Source of the DNA: Candidatus Omnitrophota bacterium
Lineage (GTDB): Bacteria > Omnitrophota > Gorgyraeia > 1-14-0-20-64-10
Direction: 5' to 3'
DNA length: 64,000 nt
Assembly: GCA_023248155.1 (NCBI GenBank)
Contig: JAHFFE010000002.1
Coordinates: 124,824 to 188,823, forward strand
The position numbers were made by a program, and so were the translations under genes. The stretch's first letter is position 1, and each line of letters begins with the position of its first letter. Positions 18,488-28,539 of this stretch are shown here, one piece after another. The notes beneath the pieces were generated by a model. That model was given only the letters and a program-made list of their open reading frames with translations, did no database searches and had not been told where the DNA came from.

Positions 18488-18964
18488 ATGGGTCGGATTG
18501 GAATGGGGTTTGATATTCATCGGCTTGTCGAAGGCCGGCCGTTGTGGCTCGGCGGCATTCAGGTTCCGCACGGCAAGGGTCTGCTGGGCCATTCGGACGC
18601 CGATATTTTATTGCATGCGCTTTGCGACGCGCTGCTGGGCGCGGCCGGCGCCGGCGACATCGGCAGTTATTTTCCGGATACCGATCCGAAATGGAAGGGT
18701 GCCTCAAGCCGGATTTTCGTTGAGAAAGCGATGGAACTGGTTCGCAAAGACGGCTGGATAATTTCCAATGCCGACCTGACTGTGATTGCCGAAGAACCGA
18801 AGCTGGCTCCGCACCGCGGCGAAATTGTCCGGTCGATCGCCGGCATTCTCGGCGTGCCGGAATCGTCGGTAAACCTTAAAGCCCGCACCATGGAAAAACT
18901 GGGCCCGATCGGCGCCGGTGAGGCGATGTCGGCCTACGCGGTCGTGCTGCTGGAGAAAAAATAA
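18488..18964 (+). CDS. ispF: 2-C-methyl-D-erythritol 2,4-cyclodiphosphate synthase
   Basis: [40 protein letters not shown]. Confidence 0.96.
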   Translation: MGRIGMGFDIHRLVEGRPLWLGGIQVPHGKGLLGHSDADILLHALCDALLGAAGAGDIGSYFPDTDPKWKGASSRIFVEKAMELVRKDGWIISNADLTVIAEEPKLAPHRGEIVRSIAGILGVPESSVNLKARTMEKLGPIGAGEAMSAYAVVLLEKK

Positions 18965-18965
18965 A

Positions 18966-19568
18966 ATGCCATTAAAACAGTTAGTTCTTATCGTCGCTGC
19001 GGTTTTGTTTGCGAAGGTTCTTTTGCTGCGCTGGTTTTGGCGGCATGAGATCAGCGCTGCGATGGAACGCGATCCGGCCGCCCGTTCGACATGGGAAGTC
19101 CTCTTTTTGTATCCGAGCGTCATGGCGATCGGTTTTTACCGCATCGCGCACCCGCTGCATCAATTGAACTGGCCCGGGTTCCGGTTTATCGCGCGCTGGA
19201 TGTCGCAATATGCGCGCGGCTGGACCGGCATTGAAATTCATCCCGGGGCCGTCATCGGCAAGGGACTGTTTATCGATCATGGCATGGGCGTGGTGATCGG
19301 TGAAACGGCGATTATCGGTGAGAATGTAACGCTGTTCCAGGGTGTCACGCTTGGCGGTACCGGCAAGGAAAAAGGCAAACGGCATCCGACGCTGGGGAAT
19401 AATGTGGTGGTCGGCGCCGGCGCGAAAGTGCTGGGCAGTTTCACGATCGGAAATAATTCGCAGATCGGCGCCAATGCCGTGGTGGTGCAAGAAGTTCCTC
19501 CCGATTCGGTCGTCGTCGGTGTTCCAGGCAAAATTGTCCGGCAGAACGGCAAGCGAGTGACCGACTGA
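18966..19568 (+). CDS. cysE: Serine O-acetyltransferase with hydrophobic N-terminal extension
   Basis: [44 protein letters not shown]. Start set at ATG 18966, after the ispF stop. Confidence 0.93.
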   Translation: MPLKQLVLIVAAVLFAKVLLLRWFWRHEISAAMERDPAARSTWEVLFLYPSVMAIGFYRIAHPLHQLNWPGFRFIARWMSQYARGWTGIEIHPGAVIGKGLFIDHGMGVVIGETAIIGENVTLFQGVTLGGTGKEKGKRHPTLGNNVVVGAGAKVLGSFTIGNNSQIGANAVVVQEVPPDSVVVGVPGKIVRQNGKRVTD

Positions 19569-19574
19569 CCTTCA

Positions 19575-20927
19575 ATGGGATTGCGCTTACATAATACGCT
19601 CACCGGCAAAGTAGAACCGTTTGAGCCGCTGAAGCCGAGTGAAGTTTCGTTGTATCTCTGCGGCATCACCGTGTATGACGACTGCCATGTCGGACATGCG
19701 CGCGGCGCTGTAGTGTTTGACGCGTTCCGCCGTTTTCTGGAAAGCCGGAAACTGCGCGTCACGCATATTCGCAATATCACCGATGTCGACGACAAAATCA
19801 TTGATCGCGCCCGCAAGGAAGATGCTTCTTCCGGTGATTTAAACGCGCGCACTAAACGGGTGGCCGAGAAATATACCGGCCGTTTTCAGGCCGATTTCAA
19901 GAAACTTGGACTGCTGCCGCCTACGCAGGAACCGAAAGCCACCGAATTTATTCCTCAGATGATCGCGTTGATCGGCGATTTGATTAAGCGTGAGATGGCG
20001 TATGAAACGGCTGACGGCGTTTATTTCTCGGTGAGGAAACTTTCGGAATATGGCCGGCTTTCGCATCAGAAGCCGGACCAGATGCTCGAGAACCATCGCG
20101 CGGAAACAGGCGACGGCAAGAAAGACTCGCTCGATTTTGCGCTCTGGAAAAAAGCGAAGCCGGACGAACCGCAGTGGCCCAGTCCCTGGGGAGCCGGGCG
20201 GCCCGGCTGGCATATTGAATGCACGACGATGTCGACTCGGTTGCTGGGGGATCAGTTTGATATCCATGGCGGCGGGCAGGACCTTGTTTTCCCGCATCAC
20301 GAGAATGAACTGGCGCAGGCGCTCGGCGCCAAAAAACCGTTTGCGCGAACCTGGATGCACAACGGCCTGCTGACGATCAACGGGCAGAAGATGTCGAAAT
20401 CGCTGGGGAATTTTGTCACGCTCGAAGAAGTGCTGAGTAAATATCCGGCCGATGTGGTCCGGCTCTTTTTCTTAAGCGTGCATTACCACTCGCCGGTTGA
20501 TTTTACCTGGGAGCGCATGGAAGAAGCCAAACATTCGTACGGCCGCCTGACCGCTTTTCTTGCGCATGCGGAATCGAAACCGGCTGCAACTGCTGCACCG
20601 GATCTTTCCGGTCCTGAAAAAGATTTTTATGAAGCGCTCGAGGACAATTTTAATACACCGCGCGCGCTGGCCTGTTTGCATGACTTGACGCGGCATCCAT
20701 CGCCGAAAGAAGCGGCTGGACTTCTTCGCGCGTTGGCGAAAACGCTCGGATTTTTTCAGGCCGATGCCGGCGTAGACGATGCGATTCAACAATTGGTTGA
20801 TCAGCGCGACCAGGTGCGCGCGAAAAAAGATTTCGCCGCTTCCGACCGGATCCGCAAAGAACTCAACGATCTTGGCTATTTGGTAGAAGATACCGCCGGA
20901 AAAACCGTGGTGCGCAAAAAGATCTGA
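19575..20927 (+). CDS. cysS: Cysteine-tRNA ligase
   Basis: CGITVYDDCHVGHAR, DFALWK, GRPGWHIEC, HGGGQDLVFPHHENE, KMSKSLGN. Confidence 0.98.
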   Translation: MGLRLHNTLTGKVEPFEPLKPSEVSLYLCGITVYDDCHVGHARGAVVFDAFRRFLESRKLRVTHIRNITDVDDKIIDRARKEDASSGDLNARTKRVAEKYTGRFQADFKKLGLLPPTQEPKATEFIPQMIALIGDLIKREMAYETADGVYFSVRKLSEYGRLSHQKPDQMLENHRAETGDGKKDSLDFALWKKAKPDEPQWPSPWGAGRPGWHIECTTMSTRLLGDQFDIHGGGQDLVFPHHENELAQALGAKKPFARTWMHNGLLTINGQKMSKSLGNFVTLEEVLSKYPADVVRLFFLSVHYHSPVDFTWERMEEAKHSYGRLTAFLAHAESKPAATAAPDLSGPEKDFYEALEDNFNTPRALACLHDLTRHPSPKEAAGLLRALAKTLGFFQADAGVDDAIQQLVDQRDQVRAKKDFAASDRIRKELNDLGYLVEDTAGKTVVRKKI

Positions 20928-20929
20928 CG

Positions 20930-21544
20930 ATGAAAAAAGGATTATTCATTACATTCGAGGGGCCGGAAGGGGCGGGCAAGTCGACGCAATGCCGCCGCTT
21001 GGCTGCCTGGCTGAAACGGCGCGGCTATTCCGTTCTACTGACACGCGAACCGGGCGGCACGCGGATCGGCCGTCAGCTGCGCAAGATTTTGCTGAACAAA
21101 GATCATCATGAAATCAGTCCGGCCGTGGAACTGTTTTTGTATGAAGCCAGCCGCGCCATTCTGGTTTCTGAGGTGATACTTCCGGCGCTGAAAAAGGGCC
21201 GGACTGTGATCGTCGACCGGTTCCAGGATTCCACCTGGGCTTATCAGGGATGGGCCGGCAAAATGGATTTGAAACTGATTGATCGTCTCGGCCAGGAAGC
21301 GCTGGGCGGGTTGAAGCCGCAAATTACTTTTTTGCTCGACCTGCCGGTTCGTAAAGGATTGGCGCGCGTTCGGCACCCGAACCGTTTCGAGGCCAAGCCG
21401 CTGGCGTTCCATGAAAAAGTGCGGCAGGGTTATTTAACGCTGGCCCTCCGCGAAAAAGGAAGAATCTGGCGCATTGATGCCGACCGCTCTGCCGATGAAG
21501 TGCAGGAAAAAATTCAGGAGGTAATGCGCCGTGTCGTTCGCTAG
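20930..21544 (+). CDS. tmk: Thymidylate kinase
   Basis: FITFEGPEGAGKST, TREPGGT, DRFQDSTWAYQG. Confidence 0.96.
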   Translation: MKKGLFITFEGPEGAGKSTQCRRLAAWLKRRGYSVLLTREPGGTRIGRQLRKILLNKDHHEISPAVELFLYEASRAILVSEVILPALKKGRTVIVDRFQDSTWAYQGWAGKMDLKLIDRLGQEALGGLKPQITFLLDLPVRKGLARVRHPNRFEAKPLAFHEKVRQGYLTLALREKGRIWRIDADRSADEVQEKIQEVMRRVVR

Positions 21545-22499
21545 TCTGACCGGGCATGACGCGGTGATCCGTCTCTTGAAGGGACAGATTCGCCAGGGGC
21601 GCATTCCGCATACGGCGCTTTGGGTCGGGCCTTCCGGCATCGGCAAGGCAGCGCTGGCGCGCGCGTTTGCCAAGGCGCTCGAATGCGCGCAGCCCACCAA
21701 AGATGGCGACGCCTGTGATGCCTGCGACAGCTGCCGCAAGATCGAGCAGGGAACCTCTCCGGATTTTTTGACAGTGGGGCCTGAATCGGAAAATGGGCAG
21801 ATTGGAATCGATCAGATCCGCAAACTGGAAAACTGGATGTCGCTGACGCCGCATTCAGGAAAATGGAAAATCGGCGTTTTGGACCAAGCCGAAGCGATGA
21901 CCGATCAGGCCGCCAACGCCTGTTTAAAAATGTTGGAAGAACCTCCGGCGAGCAGCCTATTCATTTTACTGACCACGGCGCCCAACCGATTGCTGCCGAC
22001 GATCGTGTCGCGCTGCCACCGGCTGCGCCTTTCGCCGCAGGGAGTTGATAGCGTTGCCGTTTATCTGCGCGAGAAAGAAAAAGTAGAGCCGGCCATGGCG
22101 CAGATGGTTGCCGTCGCGTCGAGCGGACGGCTGGGCATGGCGCTTGATTTTTTGCGCACCGACCATTTGCAGGAACGGAACAAGAACCTGGATCAGATGA
22201 TTCAGGCGATACAGCGCGGCGATATTGAGATTCCGGTCGCCAAGCTTTCACGCGATAAAATCAGCGAGAATCTGGAATGGTACGCGGCCTGGTTGCGCGA
22301 CCGCCTGATTCTGCAGCTGCAGGGCGACCCGTCCTGGATTATTCATCAGGACCGGATGCAGGAACTGCGCGCTGCTTCCAAAACACTCTCAACCGAAGCG
22401 CTGCTGCAGCGGCTCGACCGCGTCTATGCCGTCGAGCAGGCGATCAAGAAGAACGCTTCCGTAAAAAACGCGTTATCGGTTTTGTTAAGCCATGGATAA
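21531..22499 (+). CDS. holB: DNA polymerase III delta' subunit
   Basis: GPSGIGK, Zn motif C...CDACDSC, ANACLKMLEEP, LLPTIVSRC. tmk-holB-metG context. Confidence 0.92.
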   Translation: MSFASLTGHDAVIRLLKGQIRQGRIPHTALWVGPSGIGKAALARAFAKALECAQPTKDGDACDACDSCRKIEQGTSPDFLTVGPESENGQIGIDQIRKLENWMSLTPHSGKWKIGVLDQAEAMTDQAANACLKMLEEPPASSLFILLTTAPNRLLPTIVSRCHRLRLSPQGVDSVAVYLREKEKVEPAMAQMVAVASSGRLGMALDFLRTDHLQERNKNLDQMIQAIQRGDIEIPVAKLSRDKISENLEWYAAWLRDRLILQLQGDPSWIIHQDRMQELRAASKTLSTEALLQRLDRVYAVEQAIKKNASVKNALSVLLSHG

Positions 22500-24033
22500 A
22501 AAGATGAACGCGTTTTATCTGACCACACCGCTTTATTATGTGAATGCCAAGCCGCATTTGGGCCACGCCTATACGACGATCATCGCCGACTGTCTGGCGC
22601 GCGCGCACCGTCAGCGCGGCGAGCAGGTTTTTCTGCTGACGGGCACCGACGAGCATGGAGAAAAAATCGCGCAGGCCGCGCAGGCTCAGGGAATCACGCC
22701 CAAGGAATTTGTCGACAAAACTTCGGGGACATTCCATTCGCTTTGGCAGCAACTCGGTATTTCGTACGATCATTTCATCCGAACCACCGATGCCGATCAT
22801 ATCCATACCGTGCAGAAAATTCTTGAAACGCTGCGTCCGCAGCTGGAACTGGGCCGGTTTAAATTCTGGTATTGCGTGCCGTGTGAAACCAGTTTTGGTC
22901 TGACCGAAATTGAAACGGCCAAGGCCGTTTGTCCGCAGTGCCAGCGGCCGGTGCAGCAGACCGAAGAGGAAGATTATTATTTGCCACTCGAAAAACATCG
23001 CGCCTGGCTGAAAGAGTATATTCTAAAAAATCCGAAATTTATTCAGCCCGAGTCGCGCCGCAACGAAGTGATGGCGATGCTGGCGAATGAACTTCCGGCG
23101 CTTTGCATCACGCGGCCGAAAGAGCGGGTCAGCTGGGGCATTGAAGTGCCGTTCTCGACGACGCATGTGACCTATGTCTGGTTTGACGCGCTGCTCAATT
23201 ACATCAGCGCGCTGGGCTGGCCCGATGGCGAGAAATTCAAATTATTCTGGAAAGAAACCGGCGCCATCCATTTGGTCGGCAAAGATATTATCCGGCACCA
23301 TTGCCTTTACTGGCCGATCGTTTTGCATGCGCTGGGCATCGATCCGCCCAAAACAATTTTTGCGCATGGCTGGTGGCTGGTCAAAGGTGAGAAAATGTCC
23401 AAGTCTAAGGGGAATATCGTCGATCCGGGCGCCGTGGTTGATGCCTATGGTCTCGATGCGTTCCGTTATTTTCTGCTGCGCGATGTTCCGTTCGGCGACG
23501 ACGGTGTTTTTTCGGAAGAATCGTTCGTGAAGCGGATTAATTCCGATCTGTCCAATGACCTGGGCAACCTGGTTTACCGGACGCTGACGATGATCGAGAA
23601 ACATACCGGCGGAAAAATTCCGGCAGGGAAGCAGGACGCGCGAATGATGGAGCAGATTGCGCTGGCCGATGCGGGCACCTGGAAATATCTTCAGCAGGTC
23701 GCTCCGTCCGAGGCGCTGAAAACACTTTGGGAATTGATTCGCTGGGCCAACCAGCAGGTGGAAGAAAACGCACCTTGGACGCTGGCCAAAGAAGGCAAGC
23801 GGCAGGAACTCGAACAATTTTTGTATCAGCTGGCCGACACGGTCCGCGCGATCTTACTGCTGACCTGGCCGTTCATGCCGACGGCGGCTGAGTCGGCCTG
23901 GAAACAGTTGGGCATGAGTTCTGATTTGGCGGCTGAGCGATTGCCGGAAACGCTTTCGCGGCCGATTCCCATCGGACAAGCGATTGCAAAAGGTACGCCG
24001 CTTTTCCCCCGTATCCAACTTACTGCAGATTAG
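22492..24033 (+). CDS. metG: Methionine-tRNA ligase (short form without C-terminal dimerisation domain)
   Basis: YYVNAKPHLGH, TGTDEHG, Zn knuckle, YVWFDAL, GKDI, KMSKSKGN. Confidence 0.96.
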   Translation: MDKKMNAFYLTTPLYYVNAKPHLGHAYTTIIADCLARAHRQRGEQVFLLTGTDEHGEKIAQAAQAQGITPKEFVDKTSGTFHSLWQQLGISYDHFIRTTDADHIHTVQKILETLRPQLELGRFKFWYCVPCETSFGLTEIETAKAVCPQCQRPVQQTEEEDYYLPLEKHRAWLKEYILKNPKFIQPESRRNEVMAMLANELPALCITRPKERVSWGIEVPFSTTHVTYVWFDALLNYISALGWPDGEKFKLFWKETGAIHLVGKDIIRHHCLYWPIVLHALGIDPPKTIFAHGWWLVKGEKMSKSKGNIVDPGAVVDAYGLDAFRYFLLRDVPFGDDGVFSEESFVKRINSDLSNDLGNLVYRTLTMIEKHTGGKIPAGKQDARMMEQIALADAGTWKYLQQVAPSEALKTLWELIRWANQQVEENAPWTLAKEGKRQELEQFLYQLADTVRAILLLTWPFMPTAAESAWKQLGMSSDLAAERLPETLSRPIPIGQAIAKGTPLFPRIQLTAD

Positions 24034-24857
24034 TGGGAATGCTTGATGGTGTAGTGGGTTTGTTCGTTGTAAAGCGCGGTGAGCTTGCCGTTTTTCTGCG
24101 CGCGTAAACAGGCTTCGGCGACGGCCGGATCGAAGTGGGTTCCGGCGCAGCGCTGAATTTCACGACAGGCGCGGTCCATATCGGTGCTCTCGCGGTAAGG
24201 GCGGTTTGAAACCATCGCGTCGAGCGCGTCGGCCACGGCGATGATGCGGGCTTCGAGACGGATCCGGTCGGCGCGCAGTCCCTGCGGGTAACCGCTTCCA
24301 TCCCACCGTTCATGTTCCTGATGGACCATCTCGGTGATATCTTTCATGAAGGTCAGCGGTTCCAAAATGCGCGCGCCCCAGATCGGATGCTGCTTGATGA
24401 CTTCGAACTCTTCCTTCGTCAGAGGACCTTTTTTCATTAAAATTGAGTCGGGAATGGCGATTTTTCCAAGGTCATGCAGCTCGCAGCCGTGCAGAAGACG
24501 GTCGATTTTTTCTTTGGAGAAACCCATCTCTTCACCGATGGAGCGGGCATAGGTGGCCACATTGTGCGAGTGGCCGAACAGGTAAGTATCTTTGGCGCTC
24601 ATCGCTTCAACCAGCGCGGTGACGGTTTCGAGGTAGGTGTCCTGTAAACGGCGGTGGGCCAGTTCCAGTTCGCGGGTTCGTTCGGCGACTTTCTCCTCGA
24701 GGCGGCGGTTCCATTCCAGAACCTGGCCCTTCATTTCTTCGAGTTGCTGCGCCTGGTCACGCGTCTGGCGCGTTAAATAGAAAATTAGAATAAGTGCGCC
24801 GATGCAGAGCGTGATTAGTGCAATTTGAGCCAATAGCCATCCCCAGGACATCGTCAT
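24030..24857 (-). CDS. Membrane-anchored HD-GYP domain protein (cyclic di-nucleotide phosphodiesterase-like)
   Basis: N-terminal TM helix, coiled coil LEEKVAERTREL, HDLGKI, HERWDGSGYP, ARIIAVADA. Confidence 0.9.
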   Translation of the reverse strand: MTMSWGWLLAQIALITLCIGALILIFYLTRQTRDQAQQLEEMKGQVLEWNRRLEEKVAERTRELELAHRRLQDTYLETVTALVEAMSAKDTYLFGHSHNVATYARSIGEEMGFSKEKIDRLLHGCELHDLGKIAIPDSILMKKGPLTKEEFEVIKQHPIWGARILEPLTFMKDITEMVHQEHERWDGSGYPQGLRADRIRLEARIIAVADALDAMVSNRPYRESTDMDRACREIQRCAGTHFDPAVAEACLRAQKNGKLTALYNEQTHYTIKHSH

Positions 24858-24903
24858 TTGGTATCCTCCGTTACTGGAGCTTCCAGTAGTATACTATATA
24901 TTT
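24858..24903. promoter_or_regulatory. Short divergent intergenic region with a symmetric -10 element and an inverted repeat
   Basis: Palindrome TAGTATACTA (24887-24896) gives TATACT on both strands. TACTGGA-gct-TCCAGTA at 24872-24888. Minus-strand SD GGAGG at 24865-24869. Confidence 0.45.
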
Positions 24904-26058
24904 ATGGAACTGATTTATCTGGATTACAACGCCACCGCCCCGGTTCATCCTGCAGTGCGTGAAAAGATCCGGCCGTATATGGAAGAAGCGTTCGGAAACG
25001 CTTCCAGCCTGCATGCGGCGGGCCGCAAAGCGCGCGTCGGTATAGAGGAAGCGCGCGCCCTGATTTTAAAACTGTTGAATGATCCGCGCGGAGAATTGGT
25101 GTTTACTTCGGGCGGCACGGAAGCGGGCAACCTTGCTTTACGCGGCGTGATGGAAAATTCCCGCGCCAAAGGGAATCACCTGATTATTTCCGCGGTCGAG
25201 CACAGCGCGGTATTGCAGCCGGCGCAGGCGCTTCAGCGCGAAGGGTATGAAGTGACTTTTCTTCCGGTGGACAAGCTGGGGCGCGTTGATCCCGAGGCGG
25301 TCCGCCGCGCGATTACGCCGCAAACCGTTTTGATCTCCATCATGCATGCCAATAATGAAGTGGGCACCATTCAGCCGATTGAAGCGATCGGCGCGATTGC
25401 CCGCGAGAAGGGCGTGTTGTTCCATACCGATGCCGTGCAGTCGTTCGGAAAAATTCCGGTTGATATGGCGAAGCTGCCGGTGGATATGGTTTCTTTGTCG
25501 GCGCACAAACTGGGCGGCCTGAAAGGAACCGGAGCGCTTTATTTGCGGCGCGGCCTTAAACTCAAACCGCAGATCGTCGGCGGGCCGCACGAGCATAATA
25601 TGCGCGCCGGCACCGAGAATGTGGTGGGAATCGTGGCGATGGGAGAAGCGGCCCGCATCAGCGTAGCGGAATTGAACGACGGCACTATTGCGCGCATCGG
25701 GACTTTACGCGACCGTCTGCAGCAGGAGCTGCTGTCGTCGATCAGCGATGCGGTTCTGAACGGAGATCCGGCGAATCGCGTGCCCGGCACGCTGCATTTA
25801 AGTTTTCTGGGATGCGAGGGCGAATCGCTGCTGATGGCGCTGGACATGGCCCGCATCGCCGTATCGACGGGGTCGGCCTGTTCGGCCGGATCGATGCAGC
25901 CGTCGCATGTGCTCAAGGCAATGGATGTTCAGAAAGACTGTTTGCAGGGAGCCATCCGGTTGTCGCTGGGATGGGGATCGACGCAGGCGCAGATTGACGA
26001 AGCGCTGCTGCGGATTCCTCCGGTGATTGCCCAGATGCGTAAGACCCCGAAAGCGTAA
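24904..26058 (+). CDS. iscS: Cysteine desulfurase (IscS/NifS type)
   Basis: YLDYNAT, FTSGGTE, MHANNEVG, HTDAVQ, SAHKLGG, RAGTEN, STGSACS. Confidence 0.92.
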   Translation: MELIYLDYNATAPVHPAVREKIRPYMEEAFGNASSLHAAGRKARVGIEEARALILKLLNDPRGELVFTSGGTEAGNLALRGVMENSRAKGNHLIISAVEHSAVLQPAQALQREGYEVTFLPVDKLGRVDPEAVRRAITPQTVLISIMHANNEVGTIQPIEAIGAIAREKGVLFHTDAVQSFGKIPVDMAKLPVDMVSLSAHKLGGLKGTGALYLRRGLKLKPQIVGGPHEHNMRAGTENVVGIVAMGEAARISVAELNDGTIARIGTLRDRLQQELLSSISDAVLNGDPANRVPGTLHLSFLGCEGESLLMALDMARIAVSTGSACSAGSMQPSHVLKAMDVQKDCLQGAIRLSLGWGSTQAQIDEALLRIPPVIAQMRKTPKA

Positions 26059-26060
26059 CC

Positions 26061-27512
26061 GTGACCACCGCTGGAATTGTTGATACGCACTGCCATCTGC
26101 ACCGCGCCGAATTTGATGCCGACCGCGACGCGATCCTTGCGCGCGCGCGCCAAATCGGTTTGACCGCGCTGATTGATCCGGCCACCGATGTCGCTTCAAG
26201 CCGGATTGTTGCGCAGACCGTCCAAAAATATCCCGAACTGTACGGCGCCGTCGGCGTTCATCCGCAAGACACGGCCGGTTTGACCGACGAAGGCCTGGAA
26301 GAGCTACGCAAGCTGGCGACGGCTCCGAAAATTGTGGCGATCGGCGAGATCGGTCTTGATTATTACCGTGAATCGACGCCCCGTGCTGTTCAACAGCAGG
26401 CGCTGCGCCGTTTATTGGCGCTTGCGCAAGAAACCAACAAACCGATTATTCTGCATTGCCGTCAGGAAGAGAGCGGCGGACTGGCCGGCCAGGGCGGGCA
26501 GGCGTATCAGGATCTCTTTTTAATTTTGCGCGAATGCATGAAGCCGCCGGTGCGCGGTGTTTTGCACTGTTTTTCAGGTGATCTCGAAGCGGCCAATGAG
26601 GCGATCGGCCTGGGTCTTTATTTATCGTTCGCCGGTATTTTAACTTTCACTAAAGCCGAAGCGCTGCGCGCGGTGGCCCGGCAGGTTCCATTCGACCGTG
26701 TGATGCTGGAAACCGACGCGCCGTTTTTATCGCCCCAGCCGTACCGCGGAAAACGGAATGAACCGGCTTTTCTCGACGCGCTGATTAAAACCTGGGCGGA
26801 AATCAAAGATTTGTCGGAAGAGGATGTCCGCCGCGTGACCTCGGTGAATGCGTATCAGTTGTTCGGTGTCGGCCAGGCCCCCGTGCGCGGGCGCGTGGCG
26901 TATGCGATCCGCGATTCGCTCTACATCAATCTGACGAATGCCTGTACCGACCGCTGTGTTTTTTGCGCGCTCAGCGACGATCAGTTCTGGAAAGGCGAGG
27001 GAACTTCACCGTTTGTGAAGGGGCATCATCTGCGAATGGCCAAAGATCCGTCGGTCGAGGAAGTTCTGTCCGCCGCGGGAGATCCATCTCAGTATAAAGA
27101 AATTGTTTTTTGCGGATACGGCGAACCGGTGATCCGGTTGAAAGAACTGCGCGAGATCGCGCTGCGCCTGCGTGAAAAAGGGGCGAAGTCGATCCGGATC
27201 AATACCAACGGGCACGGCAACTTAATTCATAAACGGCCGGTGGCCGGTGAGTTGAAGGGGATCGTCGACGAAATATCAGTCAGCTTAAATACACCGAACG
27301 CAGAACAATATCTGGAAATCTGCCGGCCGTCGTTCGGCCTGCCGGCCTATGAATCGATCAAACAGTTTATCCGCGACTGCCGCGACGCGGGGATCCGCGT
27401 GGTGGCGACTGTGGTGGCGATGCCCGGCGTTGATGTCGAGGCCTGCCGAAAAGTGGCTGAAGAGGAGTTGAAAGTGATTTATCGCGTGCGGGGTTACGAC
27501 GATGTGGGATAA
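26061..27512 (+). CDS. tatD: TatD-family hydrolase fused to TatD-associated radical SAM domain
   Basis: DTHCH, GEIGLDY, LHCR, HCFSG, ETDAP, followed by LYINLTNACTDRCVFC, FCGYGEP, RINTNGHG. Confidence 0.92.
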   Translation: MTTAGIVDTHCHLHRAEFDADRDAILARARQIGLTALIDPATDVASSRIVAQTVQKYPELYGAVGVHPQDTAGLTDEGLEELRKLATAPKIVAIGEIGLDYYRESTPRAVQQQALRRLLALAQETNKPIILHCRQEESGGLAGQGGQAYQDLFLILRECMKPPVRGVLHCFSGDLEAANEAIGLGLYLSFAGILTFTKAEALRAVARQVPFDRVMLETDAPFLSPQPYRGKRNEPAFLDALIKTWAEIKDLSEEDVRRVTSVNAYQLFGVGQAPVRGRVAYAIRDSLYINLTNACTDRCVFCALSDDQFWKGEGTSPFVKGHHLRMAKDPSVEEVLSAAGDPSQYKEIVFCGYGEPVIRLKELREIALRLREKGAKSIRINTNGHGNLIHKRPVAGELKGIVDEISVSLNTPNAEQYLEICRPSFGLPAYESIKQFIRDCRDAGIRVVATVVAMPGVDVEACRKVAEEELKVIYRVRGYDDVG

Positions 27513-28527
27513 GCCGGTCGACCGTTTCTTGCTGGCCGCCGTGGTCGTGCTTTCGCTGGCATCGGTGGTTTCTCCGCGCCGTGCGCATCGTCCGGAACTG
27601 TTGCTGTCGAATGAAACAACGGTAGAGCAGAAAATGCCGGTAGAGATGAGCCAGAAGGCGGTTGAAGCAAAACTGCGCGACAACCCCGTACTGCGCGCCC
27701 GGTTTGAGCAGGCGTCGACGGTTAGTTTTGTTTTCATGTTTTTATCGCTCTTTTATTTCATGCAGTTGTTTGCAGCGCTCATTTTTAAGCGGTTGGTTTT
27801 GAAAAAGACGCCGCCGGCTGAACTGGATGACGGGTTTTTGGTGGTGTTCCGCGCGGTGGCCGGATCGTTGACGGTGCTGCTGTCATTCCCGTGGATAGCG
27901 GCCGCGATTCACCGGCTGTTTCCCGCAGCGTGGTTGCCGCAAGGCCGCGTTGAATCGATTCTGATGACGCTCTGCGTGAATGCGTTTTTGTTTTTGCTGC
28001 TGGCCTGGAGGTTCTGGGGAGCCGCACTGCTTCCTCCAATGGAAAAAGAATGGAAGCGCCATCTTCTGGCGGTCGTGACGGCGGTTCGATGGTACCTGGC
28101 ATTGGTTCCGGTTTTATTTGCGGTGATTATCCTGTCGGTGCTGGCGTTTCGCGCGGCCGGCATTGAAGGGCCCAGTCAGGAAATTTTTCAGATTTATCTT
28201 TCGGAAGGCCGCGGACCGATTTTGGGACTGTTGAATATTTTAATCGTGGTGGTGGGACCGGTTACGGAAGAATTGTTTTTCCGGGGAGCGCTTTACCGGT
28301 CGCTGAAACCGCGCGCCGGAATCCGCGGAGCGTTGATTCTATCGGCGGCGTTATTTGCGGCGCTGCATATGGACTTGGTCGCATTCGTCCCGATTTTCAC
28401 GCTGGGATTGTTGTTCGGCTGGGTTTACGAGCAGACCGGATCGCTGGCGGCCCCGATTACCATTCATTTGCTGCATAACGGGTTCATGCTTTATTTCGCG
28501 TCGCTGGTCAAGGAACTCCTTTCATGA
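27502..28527 (+). CDS. CPBP (CAAX/Abi) family intramembrane metalloprotease
   Basis: Multiple TM helices, PVTEELFFRG, FAALH, IHLLHN. Confidence 0.9.
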   Translation: MWDKPVDRFLLAAVVVLSLASVVSPRRAHRPELLLSNETTVEQKMPVEMSQKAVEAKLRDNPVLRARFEQASTVSFVFMFLSLFYFMQLFAALIFKRLVLKKTPPAELDDGFLVVFRAVAGSLTVLLSFPWIAAAIHRLFPAAWLPQGRVESILMTLCVNAFLFLLLAWRFWGAALLPPMEKEWKRHLLAVVTAVRWYLALVPVLFAVIILSVLAFRAAGIEGPSQEIFQIYLSEGRGPILGLLNILIVVVGPVTEELFFRGALYRSLKPRAGIRGALILSAALFAALHMDLVAFVPIFTLGLLFGWVYEQTGSLAAPITIHLLHNGFMLYFASLVKELLS

Positions 28528-28539
28528 TGGCGTTTTTTT

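Noticed and set aside
26061-27512. TatD-radical SAM fusion as a novelty
   Set aside because: TatD-associated radical SAM proteins, including fusions, are an already recognised family.
27502-28527. CPBP protease or PilD (43038-43838) as the enzyme processing the giant protein
   Set aside because: Both sit in housekeeping contexts far from the gene, and GxEE does not match the prepilin G|FxxxE pattern. No supporting evidence.
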